From Candidatus Eiseniibacteriota bacterium (GTDB lineage Bacteria > Eisenbacteria > RBG-16-71-46 > CAVPCR01): a DNA stretch of 64,000 bases. The stretch lies in assembly GCA_963823555.1 (NCBI GenBank), contig CAWGMA010000001.1, positions 1,152,001-1,216,000 of the forward strand. Direction: 5' to 3'. Each line of letters starts with the position of its first letter. Position 1 is the first letter of the stretch. The notes under the pieces were generated by a model. It was not told where the DNA came from, did no database searches, and saw only the letters and a program-made list of their open reading frames with translations. Shown piece after piece: positions 51,737 through 60,771 of the stretch. A program made the position numbers and the translations under genes.

Positions 51737-53143
51737 ATGAGCAAGAGCGAACGGAGAAAAGCGGAGGCGCGCCTCCAGGCCCTGCTGGCGACGAGCGACG
51801 TACTCGCTCTCGTGCTCGCCGTGATGGCAGCCTACGGCTTGCGATTCGCCTCCCCGCTCGTGGTCTTCTTCCCTGTTACCAAGGGGGTGCCTCCGCTCAG
51901 CCTCTACGTCGCTGCTGCCTTCGTCCTGGCCGCCGTCCTGATCCCCACGTTTGCCGCCATCGGGCTCTATCGCCCGCGGCTTCGTCTCGATCTCGCATCC
52001 CAGATGCGGCATGCGGCCCGCGGCGTATGGTGGGTCATGCTGGTGGCCATGGCTCTCGGCTTCTTCTACCGGGGGGAGAGCTTCTCGCGGCTCACGCTCT
52101 TGATCGCGGTCATGCTCCTTCTCCTCCTTGTGCCCATGGGGCGGGCGCTTGCCGTGGGTCCCCTGGCCAGGCGTTTCCTGCGTCCCTCGCGTCTGGCCGT
52201 GGTCGGTAGCGGCGGGAGCGCGCGCGAACTGGCCGCCCGACTGCGCGGGGCTCCCGAACCCGGGGCGCAGTTCGTCGGCCGCTTCGGGGACGACGAGGAT
52301 CAGGGCGGGGGCGAGGCCCCGGCCGGGCGGCTGGTCGATGTCGCGGGGCTCGTTACCCGCGGCGCCATCGATCGCGTCATCCTCGCTCTCGACGCGAGCG
52401 AGGCGGAGCGGGGGGCCGATCTGATCGCCGAACTGGCTCGCTTCGCCATCGAGATCGAGTGGCTCCCGGACCTCGAGGCTCTCGGACCAGGTTGCGTTCG
52501 CCTCGATGAAATGCTCGGCATGCCCGTCGTCGTCCTCGGCGAGTTTCCTCTTCTCGGCTGGAACAGCGCCGCCAAGCGCACCATGGATATCGCGCTCAGC
52601 GCTGCCGGCATGCTCACCCTGGCCCCGCTCTTCGCTGCCATCTGCGTCGCCATCAAGGCCTCGAGTCGAGGGCCGGTCATCTACCATCAAGACCGCGTCG
52701 GGCGCGACGGCAGACGTTTCGAGATGCACAAGTTCCGGACCATGAGGCTCGATGCCGAGACCCACTCGGGCCCCATCGCCGCTGCCCGGGAGGATCCGCG
52801 CGTGACATCCATCGGGCGCTTCCTTCGGCGCACGAGCCTCGATGAGTTGCCGCAGTTGTGGAATGTGCTGCGAGGGGAAATGAGCCTGGTCGGGCCGCGG
52901 CCGGAGCGACCTTGTTTCATCGATGATCTGGCAACCGAGATTCCGGATTACCTGCGTCGGCAGCGCGTGAAGTCGGGGATGACCGGTTGGGCCCAGATCC
53001 ACGGCCTGCGCGGCGGGGATTCGCCCATGGACGCCCGCATCCGCTGCGACCTCTACTACATCGAGAACTGGTCCCTGGCGCTCGATCTGCGCATTCTCTT
53101 CCGCACCATCTTCACGCTCCACCGGCAGCACAACGCGTATTGA
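51737..53143 (+). CDS. Undecaprenyl-phosphate glucose phosphotransferase (WcaJ/WbaP family)
   Basis: [65 protein letters not shown]. Confidence 0.93.
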   Translation: MSKSERRKAEARLQALLATSDVLALVLAVMAAYGLRFASPLVVFFPVTKGVPPLSLYVAAAFVLAAVLIPTFAAIGLYRPRLRLDLASQMRHAARGVWWVMLVAMALGFFYRGESFSRLTLLIAVMLLLLLVPMGRALAVGPLARRFLRPSRLAVVGSGGSARELAARLRGAPEPGAQFVGRFGDDEDQGGGEAPAGRLVDVAGLVTRGAIDRVILALDASEAERGADLIAELARFAIEIEWLPDLEALGPGCVRLDEMLGMPVVVLGEFPLLGWNSAAKRTMDIALSAAGMLTLAPLFAAICVAIKASSRGPVIYHQDRVGRDGRRFEMHKFRTMRLDAETHSGPIAAAREDPRVTSIGRFLRRTSLDELPQLWNVLRGEMSLVGPRPERPCFIDDLATEIPDYLRRQRVKSGMTGWAQIHGLRGGDSPMDARIRCDLYYIENWSLALDLRILFRTIFTLHRQHNAY

Positions 53144-53188
53144 TGGGTCAAGGGGCGGGTGGCGACAGCCGGGGAGGGCGCTGCCTCC

Positions 53189-53824
53189 CTAGAACCTGAA
53201 AGCGATCCCTCCTGAAATCGAGATCGTTTCGCTCCGACTGCCGAGGTTGAGCTCGGTCAGGAACTCGTGCTTGCTGCTGAAGGGGTAGTCGAGGCCGAAG
53301 CGCACGTTCACGTCGAGATCGGTGTCGTCGTTGGCATTGCCGATCATGAACATGATGGCGCCGTAGGGAATGAGCGTGGTGCCGCCGCTCGTGGTGAAGG
53401 CCTTGGAGGCCACCGGACCGAAGTCGAAGTCGATCAGATCGAGATCACCTGCATGCTGCCAGCCGAAGGCGAAATCGCCGGCGAGATCCACGGGGAAATC
53501 GTTGCTCGCCCGGAAGAAGCGGTGCTTCACGTCTCCGGTGAGGCCGAAGAGCGTCTCGTTGCCATAGTCGAGGTCCGGGAAGCCGATCTGGACACCGATA
53601 TCGGTGTTGTCGGAGACTCCGGTGCGCATCTGGGCGACGATTCCGATCGGTTCTCCGAGGAGCAGGAAGCCGCCGAGGACGAAGTCATCCTTGCCGTATG
53701 GGACGGCGGTCGACCAGGTACCGAGGACCTGAGCCGGCGCTGCGGCCGGGATCATCAGCAGCAGGGAGATCGCCACCCATGCGAAGCGGGAGATGTGCTG
53801 CTTGGCGAGACGGGCGAGAGCCAT
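53189..53824 (-). CDS. Putative small outer-membrane beta-barrel protein
   Basis: RBS AAAGGAG; signal peptide (..AAAPAQ); alternating beta-strand pattern; C-terminal Phe (GGIAFRF); upstream TTGACG-N18-TAGCCT (53956-53927). Confidence 0.7.
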   Translation of the reverse strand: MALARLAKQHISRFAWVAISLLLMIPAAAPAQVLGTWSTAVPYGKDDFVLGGFLLLGEPIGIVAQMRTGVSDNTDIGVQIGFPDLDYGNETLFGLTGDVKHRFFRASNDFPVDLAGDFAFGWQHAGDLDLIDFDFGPVASKAFTTSGGTTLIPYGAIMFMIGNANDDTDLDVNVRFGLDYPFSSKHEFLTELNLGSRSETISISGGIAFRF

Positions 53825-54048
53825 GGCGCATACTCCTTTCGGCAGGCCAGCCGGTTGCCAGGTGCCGGCGGCTCGGCTCAGGTCGCATCGGGAGCCGAGA
53901 GCCACGCTGTTCACGAGGCGGGCGGCAGGCTAACATCCGTCTCCTCGCGCCGTCAACGCGACAGCCGGATCGACGCGGTGCTGTTGGGGGCGGGACCTCA
54001 CCGCGCGGGGCTCGTTTCGGCGTCGGTCCGCCAGGGGGAGAGTGAATC

Positions 54049-55125
54049 TTGCACACCGTGCTCTCAGTCGTCGGAGTGCGGCCGCAGTTCGTGAAGCACG
54101 CACCCGTGTCCCGGGCCTTGCGAGCGCGGTTCCGCGAGCTGGTCGTCCATACCGGACAGCACTACGACGTCGCCATGTCCCACCTCTTCTTCGAGGAGCT
54201 GGGCATTCCCGAGCCCGATCGCCACCTGGGCGTGGGTTCCGGAACGCATGCCGAGCAGACGGGGCTCGTGGCCGAGCGCGTCGAGGCGGCCGTCGAGGAG
54301 CTGCGTCCTGATCTGGTCCTGGTGTTCGGCGATACCAACTCGACCCTCGGCGCTGCCCTGGCCGTGGCCAAGCTGCGCGTGCCGCTCGGGCATGTCGAGG
54401 CTGGTGTCCGCAGCGGCATGGCCGGGATGGCGGAGGAGATCAACCGCATCCTGGTCGACCATGCCTCGGATCTCCTGTTCGTTCCCACGCCGGCGGGTGT
54501 CCAGCATCTCCGGCGGGAAGGGGCCCATGGCGCGATTCACTTGGTCGGGGACGTGATGTGCGATGCGCTCGAGATGCACCTGGCGCGCGCCGCCCAGCGG
54601 CCGCATCCGGCCGGGGCTCTCGGCCTCGATCCAGGCGGTTACGTCCTCCTGACGATTCACCGGGCCGAGAACACGGATGATCCCCGCGCCCTGGCAGCGA
54701 TCCTCGATGGAGTGGCCGCGGTACGCGAGCCCATCCTGTTCCCCGTGCACCCGCGAACGAGGAAGGCTCTGGCCGAGCACGGCCTCGAGAAGCGCCTCGC
54801 GGCATGCGCCCATATCCGGGCCGTCGAGCCGGTGGGCTACCTCGACATGCTGGTGCTCGAGCGCGATGCTCGGATCGTGGTGACCGATTCCGGTGGCGTG
54901 CAGAAGGAAGCCTACCTGGTGGGGACTCCCTGCCTCACGGTCTTCGCCGAGACATCGTGGCCGGAAACGGTCGACGCGGGGTGGAATCGGCTGGTTCCGG
55001 CGGCGCGCGAGGAGATTGCCGCGGCCATCGCCGAATTCCAGCCCGCGGGGCCGCGACCGCCACTCTACGGGGATGGGCATGCCGCCGGGCGGATCAGCGA
55101 CATCATCGCAGACGTCCTCGGCTGA
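54049..55125 (+). CDS. wecB: UDP-N-acetylglucosamine 2-epimerase (non-hydrolysing)
   Basis: VVGVRPQFVK, HTGQHYD, FGDTNST, HVEAG, TIHRAEN, TDSGGVQKEA. Confidence 0.93.
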   Translation: MHTVLSVVGVRPQFVKHAPVSRALRARFRELVVHTGQHYDVAMSHLFFEELGIPEPDRHLGVGSGTHAEQTGLVAERVEAAVEELRPDLVLVFGDTNSTLGAALAVAKLRVPLGHVEAGVRSGMAGMAEEINRILVDHASDLLFVPTPAGVQHLRREGAHGAIHLVGDVMCDALEMHLARAAQRPHPAGALGLDPGGYVLLTIHRAENTDDPRALAAILDGVAAVREPILFPVHPRTRKALAEHGLEKRLAACAHIRAVEPVGYLDMLVLERDARIVVTDSGGVQKEAYLVGTPCLTVFAETSWPETVDAGWNRLVPAAREEIAAAIAEFQPAGPRPPLYGDGHAAGRISDIIADVLG

Positions 55126-55176
55126 GGAGCGCCGTGGCGCGACGGGCATCGAGGAGGGAGGGTGGTGCCGCCAGCG

Positions 55177-56022
55177 CTAGCGGCGGGTCGAGCGCTCGCG
55201 GAGCTTCTTGAGCTCGGACTCGCTCAGGCTATCGATTCCCTCGCGAGAGATCTTGTCCAGGATCGCATCGACCTCGGCCTCTTCGTTCTTGGGCGGTCTC
55301 GGGGGGCGGGTTGGCTTGGGCTGGGCGGCCCTGGGTTCGACCACCCGGAGCCCGCGGGAGCGGGCGCGTAGCTTCCGCCGCCAGCGGCCCAGGGCCGATG
55401 CGGGGCGCCAGTCCGCCCGGAGGTAGAGGAAGGCCACCGCCATCCCCGCCAGATGCGTGACGTGTCCGATCCCGTCCGAGGCGAAGCTACGGGCAGAGAG
55501 GAACTCCATCACGGCGTAGATGAGCACGAAGATACGGGCCGGGATGGGGAAGATGAAAGCAAGGAGAATGGGAGTGTCTGGATAGAGCATGGCGAAGGCG
55601 ACGAGCACTCCCATGACGGCTCCCGAGGCTCCGATCGTGGGCGTGCCCGAACCCAGCATGAAAAGCGCCGTGGCCACACCGGCCGCAATCCCCACGGTGA
55701 AGTAGAACTTCATGAATGCGTCGTATCCCCATTCACGTTCGATCGGTACGCCGAACATCCAAAGGGCGAACATGTTCATGAGGATGTGCCAGAAGTTGCC
55801 GTGGAGGAAGAGGTAGGTGGCGAGCTGCCAGATGTGGAACTCGCCGAAGACCGCCCGGGGTACCAGACCGAACGTCTGGTTCCAGGGGAACTCCACATAG
55901 AGCTGGGTGAGCAGGAAGATCCCGACGTTGGCGATGAGAAGCTGCTTCACCGCCCGTGTGAGCGGGCCGGGACCGAATGAGCTCATGGCACCTGACATGG
56001 TGAATCGGTTCGGGGTTCGCAT
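55177..56022 (-). CDS. Rhomboid family intramembrane serine protease with a DUF6576-like C-terminus
   Basis: WQLATYLFLHGNFWHILMNM, GASG, HLAG; EVDAILDKISREGIDSL; start uncertain. Confidence 0.9.
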   Translation of the reverse strand: MRTPNRFTMSGAMSSFGPGPLTRAVKQLLIANVGIFLLTQLYVEFPWNQTFGLVPRAVFGEFHIWQLATYLFLHGNFWHILMNMFALWMFGVPIEREWGYDAFMKFYFTVGIAAGVATALFMLGSGTPTIGASGAVMGVLVAFAMLYPDTPILLAFIFPIPARIFVLIYAVMEFLSARSFASDGIGHVTHLAGMAVAFLYLRADWRPASALGRWRRKLRARSRGLRVVEPRAAQPKPTRPPRPPKNEEAEVDAILDKISREGIDSLSESELKKLRERSTRR

Positions 56023-56249
56023 CGTCCACTCTGGGGGCAGCCAAGTCGGGAGCAGGGGGATTCTAGCATCGGGCCGGGCTGCCGCCAACGTGGAGGACCC
56101 GTTTCTCATGGCCTTGTCGCGTTCACTCAAGTCCAGCTAAGCTTGAGTCGGGCCGTGCCGCCCTCCCAGGGCCTCGAGCAGCATCGTGCCCGAGCCCGCG
56201 GCATGCACGAGTGGGCGGCCGACCGCCGTCGGAAAGGAGCTTCGGTATC

Positions 56250-57209
56250 GTGTCTTCGAGGTTCAAGCCTAGGTTCTGGTTGTTTCTGGCGCCGGCTGTG
56301 GCTGTCGCCATCGGATCCTCCGTCCTTGGTCGAGCGGAAGAAGGGGGCGCCGGCTGGGACCCGGATCTCTCCCGGGGTGGATACGACATCTGGATGACGC
56401 GTGATCTGGGAGATGGGCGGTGGTCGGTCCCGGAGAACCTGGGACCGGATGTGAACACGGCCAATCGCGAGATGAGCCCGGCGTTGAGTCCGGACGGGAA
56501 GCTTCTCTACTTCGCGGCGCGGGACCGTGCCGACTCGACCCATCAGGGAGCGGACGACATCTACGTCTGTGAACGCGACGGCAACGGCTTCGGCCCGGCC
56601 CGGAACATGGGACCGGCGATCAACACGGTGTGGGAAGAGATCAGCCCGTGCCCGTTCCCAGATATGAAGACCTTCATGTTCTGTCGCCATGATGTCGTGC
56701 AACGTTCCTACGATCTCGCGCTGTCCCTGAACGTGGAAGGGGAGTGGCTCGAGGCCATCGGCCTCGGGCGGCCGCTGAACACGCCGGGCGAGGAGCGTTT
56801 CCCATCGGTCACCGCCGATGGCAAGGAGCTCTACTTCTGTGCCCAGTGGCGTGCGGGGCGGGGCAGCTGGGATATCTGGCAGTCCTATCGCGATGACCAG
56901 GGCAGCTGGAGCGATCCGATCAACCTCGGGCCCCGCATCAACACTCGGGATTCCGAGTATTCTCCTGCCATCTCGGGAGATGGCAAGCGCTTGTTCTTCG
57001 CATCCCAGCGCGGTGACAGTCGCAATTTCGACGTCTATCTGAGCGTGCGCCAGGAGGGCGGTACGTGGCAGGATCCGGTGCGACTGCCGGAGCCGGTCAA
57101 CAGCCGCTTCAACGAGTACTGCCCGGCGGTGGCTCCGGACGGCAAGACGCTCTACTTCGCTTCCGATCGCCACCGGGGTCGGGAGCTCGCGCCCGAGGTG
57201 GACGAGTGA
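56250..57209 (+). CDS. Secreted PD40 (WD40-like/TolB) beta-propeller protein
   Basis: RBS GAAAGGAG before GTG; signal peptide; about five repeats of W..P.NLGP.[VI]NT...E.SP..S.DGK.LYF. Confidence 0.88.
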   Translation: MSSRFKPRFWLFLAPAVAVAIGSSVLGRAEEGGAGWDPDLSRGGYDIWMTRDLGDGRWSVPENLGPDVNTANREMSPALSPDGKLLYFAARDRADSTHQGADDIYVCERDGNGFGPARNMGPAINTVWEEISPCPFPDMKTFMFCRHDVVQRSYDLALSLNVEGEWLEAIGLGRPLNTPGEERFPSVTADGKELYFCAQWRAGRGSWDIWQSYRDDQGSWSDPINLGPRINTRDSEYSPAISGDGKRLFFASQRGDSRNFDVYLSVRQEGGTWQDPVRLPEPVNSRFNEYCPAVAPDGKTLYFASDRHRGRELAPEVDE

Positions 57210-57249
57210 ACGGCCACGATCGCCGGTCGCAGAGTACCCAGGTTCAGCG

Positions 57250-57630
57250 ATGAGCCAAGAAACCCCTGATGATGGCGAAACCAGCGTCCCCGCCCCCGAG
57301 CTCTGCTTGCGGGGTGGGGAGTGCTGTTATGTATGCGGCATCTCGCTGTCGAGCGGTGATGCTGCGGTCTGCTACCGGGACCGCCGTTTCTGGGATCAAT
57401 CCTTCTACTATCACGCCGGGTGCTGGGCCGACGCCGGTCTGCACCGGGAATCCATGGGACCAGACGCCCTGGCTAGTGGGTTAGTGGTCGAACTGGCCCC
57501 GGTGCCCTGCCTCGTTTGCCACGAGACGATCGAGAGTGGCGAGCTCATCAGGCGCGAGTGGGTGCGCGAAGGGAAGGGCGTGCGCATCGTCCATGCGCGC
57601 TGCTCCCCGCCGGGGAACGCGGCCGGCTGA
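57250..57630 (+). CDS. Small protein with two CxxC...HxxC zinc-finger-like motifs
   Basis: CYVC...HAGC and CLVC...HARC; TGATG overlap with the next gene. Confidence 0.7.
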   Translation: MSQETPDDGETSVPAPELCLRGGECCYVCGISLSSGDAAVCYRDRRFWDQSFYYHAGCWADAGLHRESMGPDALASGLVVELAPVPCLVCHETIESGELIRREWVREGKGVRIVHARCSPPGNAAG

Positions 57631-59783
57631 TGGCACCCAGGCCTGAGCGCCCGGGGCGGCGGGCGGTCATCCTGCTCGTGCTGCTCGGGCTCGGCCTACG
57701 GCTCCTCTTCGCCGCTGCGCTCAGCGATGCCCCGGCTTTTCGGGTCCCCATTCTCGACGCGGCGGCCTATGACCGCTGGGCACGTGCCATTGCCAGCGGC
57801 GACCTCTGGCCACGTGAACCCTTCCACCTGGCGCCGCTCTATCCCTACCTGTGCGGCCTGGTGTACGCCTTGGCGCCGGACGGTCCCCTCGCGGTCGTGG
57901 TCCTCCAGCATCTGGCCGGGACAGCCCTGGCTCTGGCGGCAGGGATCCTGGCCGCGGGCCTGGGCGGTGCGGTAGCCGGGGTTGCCGCCACGTTCCTCGT
58001 GGCCACGTACGGTTCGCTGCTGCTGCACGAGAACCTGTTGCTTCCCGAGGTCCTGGGCGCGGTGCTCCTGTGGTCGGGGACCGCCATTCTCCTCGGCGCG
58101 ATGCGCGGACCCGAGTTGCCCCCGAGGGCGGCATTCAAGAGCGGGCTCGGGTTCGGACTCGCCGCGCTGGTGCGGCCGACGACTCTCCTTCCGGCCGCCG
58201 TGCTCGCGGTCTGGATCGCCATCCGGGCCCCGGGTGGCAGGGAATCCCGCCGGCGGACGGCCGTCCTCTTCATCGCAGCTGTTCTCCTCGCTGTCCTGCC
58301 GGTCACGCTCATCAACCGCCTCGCCGGAGGCGAGTGGGTGCTGGTCACGGCGAGCGGCGGATTCAACTTCTACGTCGGCAATCACGCGGACGCAGACGGT
58401 GGCTACGTGCAGCCGGCCGGTGTGGCGTTCACGCCGGGAGATGCCGGCGATCCCACGGGCCGGAGCCTGGCGGAGCAGGCGATGGGGCGCCCGCTTCGAA
58501 CGCGGGAGGTATCGGACTACTGGCTGGGTCGAGCACTCGATTTCATCCGTGAAGAACCGGGAAGGGCCCTCGCGCTTTACGGTCGGAAGATCTCCCTCTT
58601 CTGGAGCCGGGCCGAGATCCCGCAGATTGTCGACCTGCCGGCGGTGCGCGAGGAAGTGCCTCTCCTTCGCCGTTTGCCGCTGTCGGGGCCCTGGTTGCTC
58701 ATGCCTCTCGCCCTTCTCGGGCTCGTGATCGCCTTTCCGGGTCGACGCGAGGGCGAGGTCCTCCGCGTGGTCCTGATCACCTTCACCCTGGCCACGGCGC
58801 TCTTCTTCATCACCGAGCGCTACCGGATCCAGGCCGTGCCGCTTCTGGCCGTCGTCGCCGGCGGGGGCGCCGCCCGCGTCCTCACGATGATCCGGAGCGG
58901 GCGGCGGGTGCAGCTGTTGCTTGCGGTGGGGGCGCTCGTTCTCGCCGTGATGGCCGTTGATCCGCGCTGGCTGGGGCTTGGCGGGCGCCTGGGCCATCCC
59001 TGGGTGCCACCGATGAACCGTGCCCTCGGCCTGATTCGCACGGGCGCCGATTCCAGCGTCATCGCGCAATCCTTTGCCGATGCCGTGGCGCAGGGCCCGG
59101 AGGCATCCCGTGTCTACGTCAATCGCGGCGAGTGGCTCAGGCAGCGTGGTGATCTCGCCGGGGCTCGGCAGGACCTGATGCGGGCCGTCGCTCTCGATCC
59201 GGGTGACCCGCTGGCGTGGACGGCGCTCGGCGGCCTCGAGGCGGCTGCGGGACGGAATGCTGCGGCCGAGGCGAACTACGCCCGGGCGCTCGCCATCGAA
59301 CCGGGGCATGCCCCGGCCGCGCTCGGCCTCGGACAGGTCCTCCTCACCATGAGGCGGCCGGAGGAAGCGCTGGCGCCGCTCCGCCTCGCGCTCGCTGGTC
59401 CCGACTCCGCCGCCGCCCATGATGCACTCGGGGTCGCGCTTCTCATGACCGGCGCCCGCGATGAGGGCCTCGCCCATATCGAGCGGGCGCTCGCCATCGA
59501 TCCCGGCCGGGCGACGTTCCACCTCCACCTCGGGCTCGCCCTGGCCGAGGGTGGACGCCTGGCTGCCGCCGAGGCCGCGATCGGGGCCTCGCTCGCGCTC
59601 GATCCCGGTCACCGGGCGGCGCGCCTGTCGGCGATTCTCCTCGCTCGCGACCGGGGAGATTTCACCGGGGCGCGGGCACATCTGGACACGCTTCTGGCCT
59701 GGAATCCGGAAGACCAGGAAGCACTCCGGCTCAAGGCCGAACTCGGCGCGGCAGGGGAGACGCCGGAACCGCGCATGCGTTGA
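57630..59783 (+). CDS. GT-C (GT39/ArnT-PMT-like) glycosyltransferase with C-terminal TPR repeats
   Basis: DAAAYDRWA, APLYPY, GGFNFYVGNH, FFITERYR; about 12 TM segments followed by TPRs. Confidence 0.82.
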   Translation: MAPRPERPGRRAVILLVLLGLGLRLLFAAALSDAPAFRVPILDAAAYDRWARAIASGDLWPREPFHLAPLYPYLCGLVYALAPDGPLAVVVLQHLAGTALALAAGILAAGLGGAVAGVAATFLVATYGSLLLHENLLLPEVLGAVLLWSGTAILLGAMRGPELPPRAAFKSGLGFGLAALVRPTTLLPAAVLAVWIAIRAPGGRESRRRTAVLFIAAVLLAVLPVTLINRLAGGEWVLVTASGGFNFYVGNHADADGGYVQPAGVAFTPGDAGDPTGRSLAEQAMGRPLRTREVSDYWLGRALDFIREEPGRALALYGRKISLFWSRAEIPQIVDLPAVREEVPLLRRLPLSGPWLLMPLALLGLVIAFPGRREGEVLRVVLITFTLATALFFITERYRIQAVPLLAVVAGGGAARVLTMIRSGRRVQLLLAVGALVLAVMAVDPRWLGLGGRLGHPWVPPMNRALGLIRTGADSSVIAQSFADAVAQGPEASRVYVNRGEWLRQRGDLAGARQDLMRAVALDPGDPLAWTALGGLEAAAGRNAAAEANYARALAIEPGHAPAALGLGQVLLTMRRPEEALAPLRLALAGPDSAAAHDALGVALLMTGARDEGLAHIERALAIDPGRATFHLHLGLALAEGGRLAAAEAAIGASLALDPGHRAARLSAILLARDRGDFTGARAHLDTLLAWNPEDQEALRLKAELGAAGETPEPRMR

Positions 59784-59809
59784 CCAGGTGCTGCCGGCTC
59801 TGCTAGCTT
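59780..59809 (+). promoter_or_regulatory. sigma-70-type promoter for dcd
   Basis: TTGACC-N18-TAGCTT with extended TGC. Confidence 0.55.
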
Positions 59810-59942
59810 CGCCGCCCGATCACCGCGCGTTCGCCGTGAGCTTCCGATGAGGGCGGAACCGGAGGGGGAGGCGCGCGCGCCGTCGCTGGCGAGCCCCTGG
59901 CTCTTGTGGACCGCCCCCCATCTGTCCCGAGGGATCTTCCCC

Positions 59943-60560
59943 ATGAACCCGCTCGAGAAATCACCGCTCAAGGCCGGGCCTGCCGCTTCGCAGGTGGCCG
60001 CGGCACCCGGTGTCAAGTCCGACCGCTGGATTCGGCGGATGGCGCTCGAGCACCGCATGATCGAACCCTTCGAGCGACCGCCAGGTGCGCGAGGGCGTCA
60101 TCTCGTACGGGCTCTCGTCGTACGGCTACGACATCCGCATCGCCGACGAGTTCCGGATCTTCACCAATGTCAACTCGACGATCGTCGACCCGAAGCACTT
60201 CGACACCAAGTCCCTGGTCGATTTCAATGGGCCGGTCTGCATCATCCCGCCCAACTCCTTCGCCCTGGGCCGGTCCGTCGAGTACTTCCGCATCCCGCGC
60301 CACGTGATCACGATCTGCGTCGGGAAGTCGACCTATGCGCGCTGCGGGATCATCACCAACGTGACCCCGTTCGAGCCCGAGTGGGAGGGCTTCGTCACGC
60401 TCGAGATCTCGAACACGACGCCGCTGCCGGCCCGCATCTACGCCAACGAGGGCATCGCCCAGGTGCTGTTCTTCGAGGCGACGAGGAGTGCGAGATCTCC
60501 TACGCGGACAAGAAGGGCAAGTACCAGGGGCAGACCGGGGTCACGCTGCCGCGGCTGTAG
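59943..60560 (+). pseudogene. dcd: dCTP deaminase with two compensating frameshifts (possible assembly errors)
   Basis: [10 protein letters not shown]...IEPFE in one frame; [D][18 protein letters not shown]...GKSTYARCG...[13 protein letters not shown] in a second frame; [26 protein letters not shown] back in the first frame. Confidence 0.88.
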
Positions 60561-60637
60561 GCCGAGCCGGGGGGCGGGCTCTTACTACCAGCGTGCGCGC
60601 CCGGCCCGGGCCCCGCGACGGGGCGCGATACAATCCC

Positions 60638-60666
60638 TTTACAATCGAGCGAAATTGCGGTACGGT
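60638..60666 (+). promoter_or_regulatory. sigma-70-type promoter for the secreted TWG-tail protein
   Basis: TTTACA-N17-TACGGT in a locally AT-rich patch. Confidence 0.45.
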
Positions 60667-60771
60667 AGTAATCTAGCGGTTGCCCGGCTCGATGCGAGGT
60701 GTCTCGTGACAGTGATCGAGACGGTGCTGCCACTCCTACGGTAATGGATAGCACCTCAAGGAGGCCCATCA

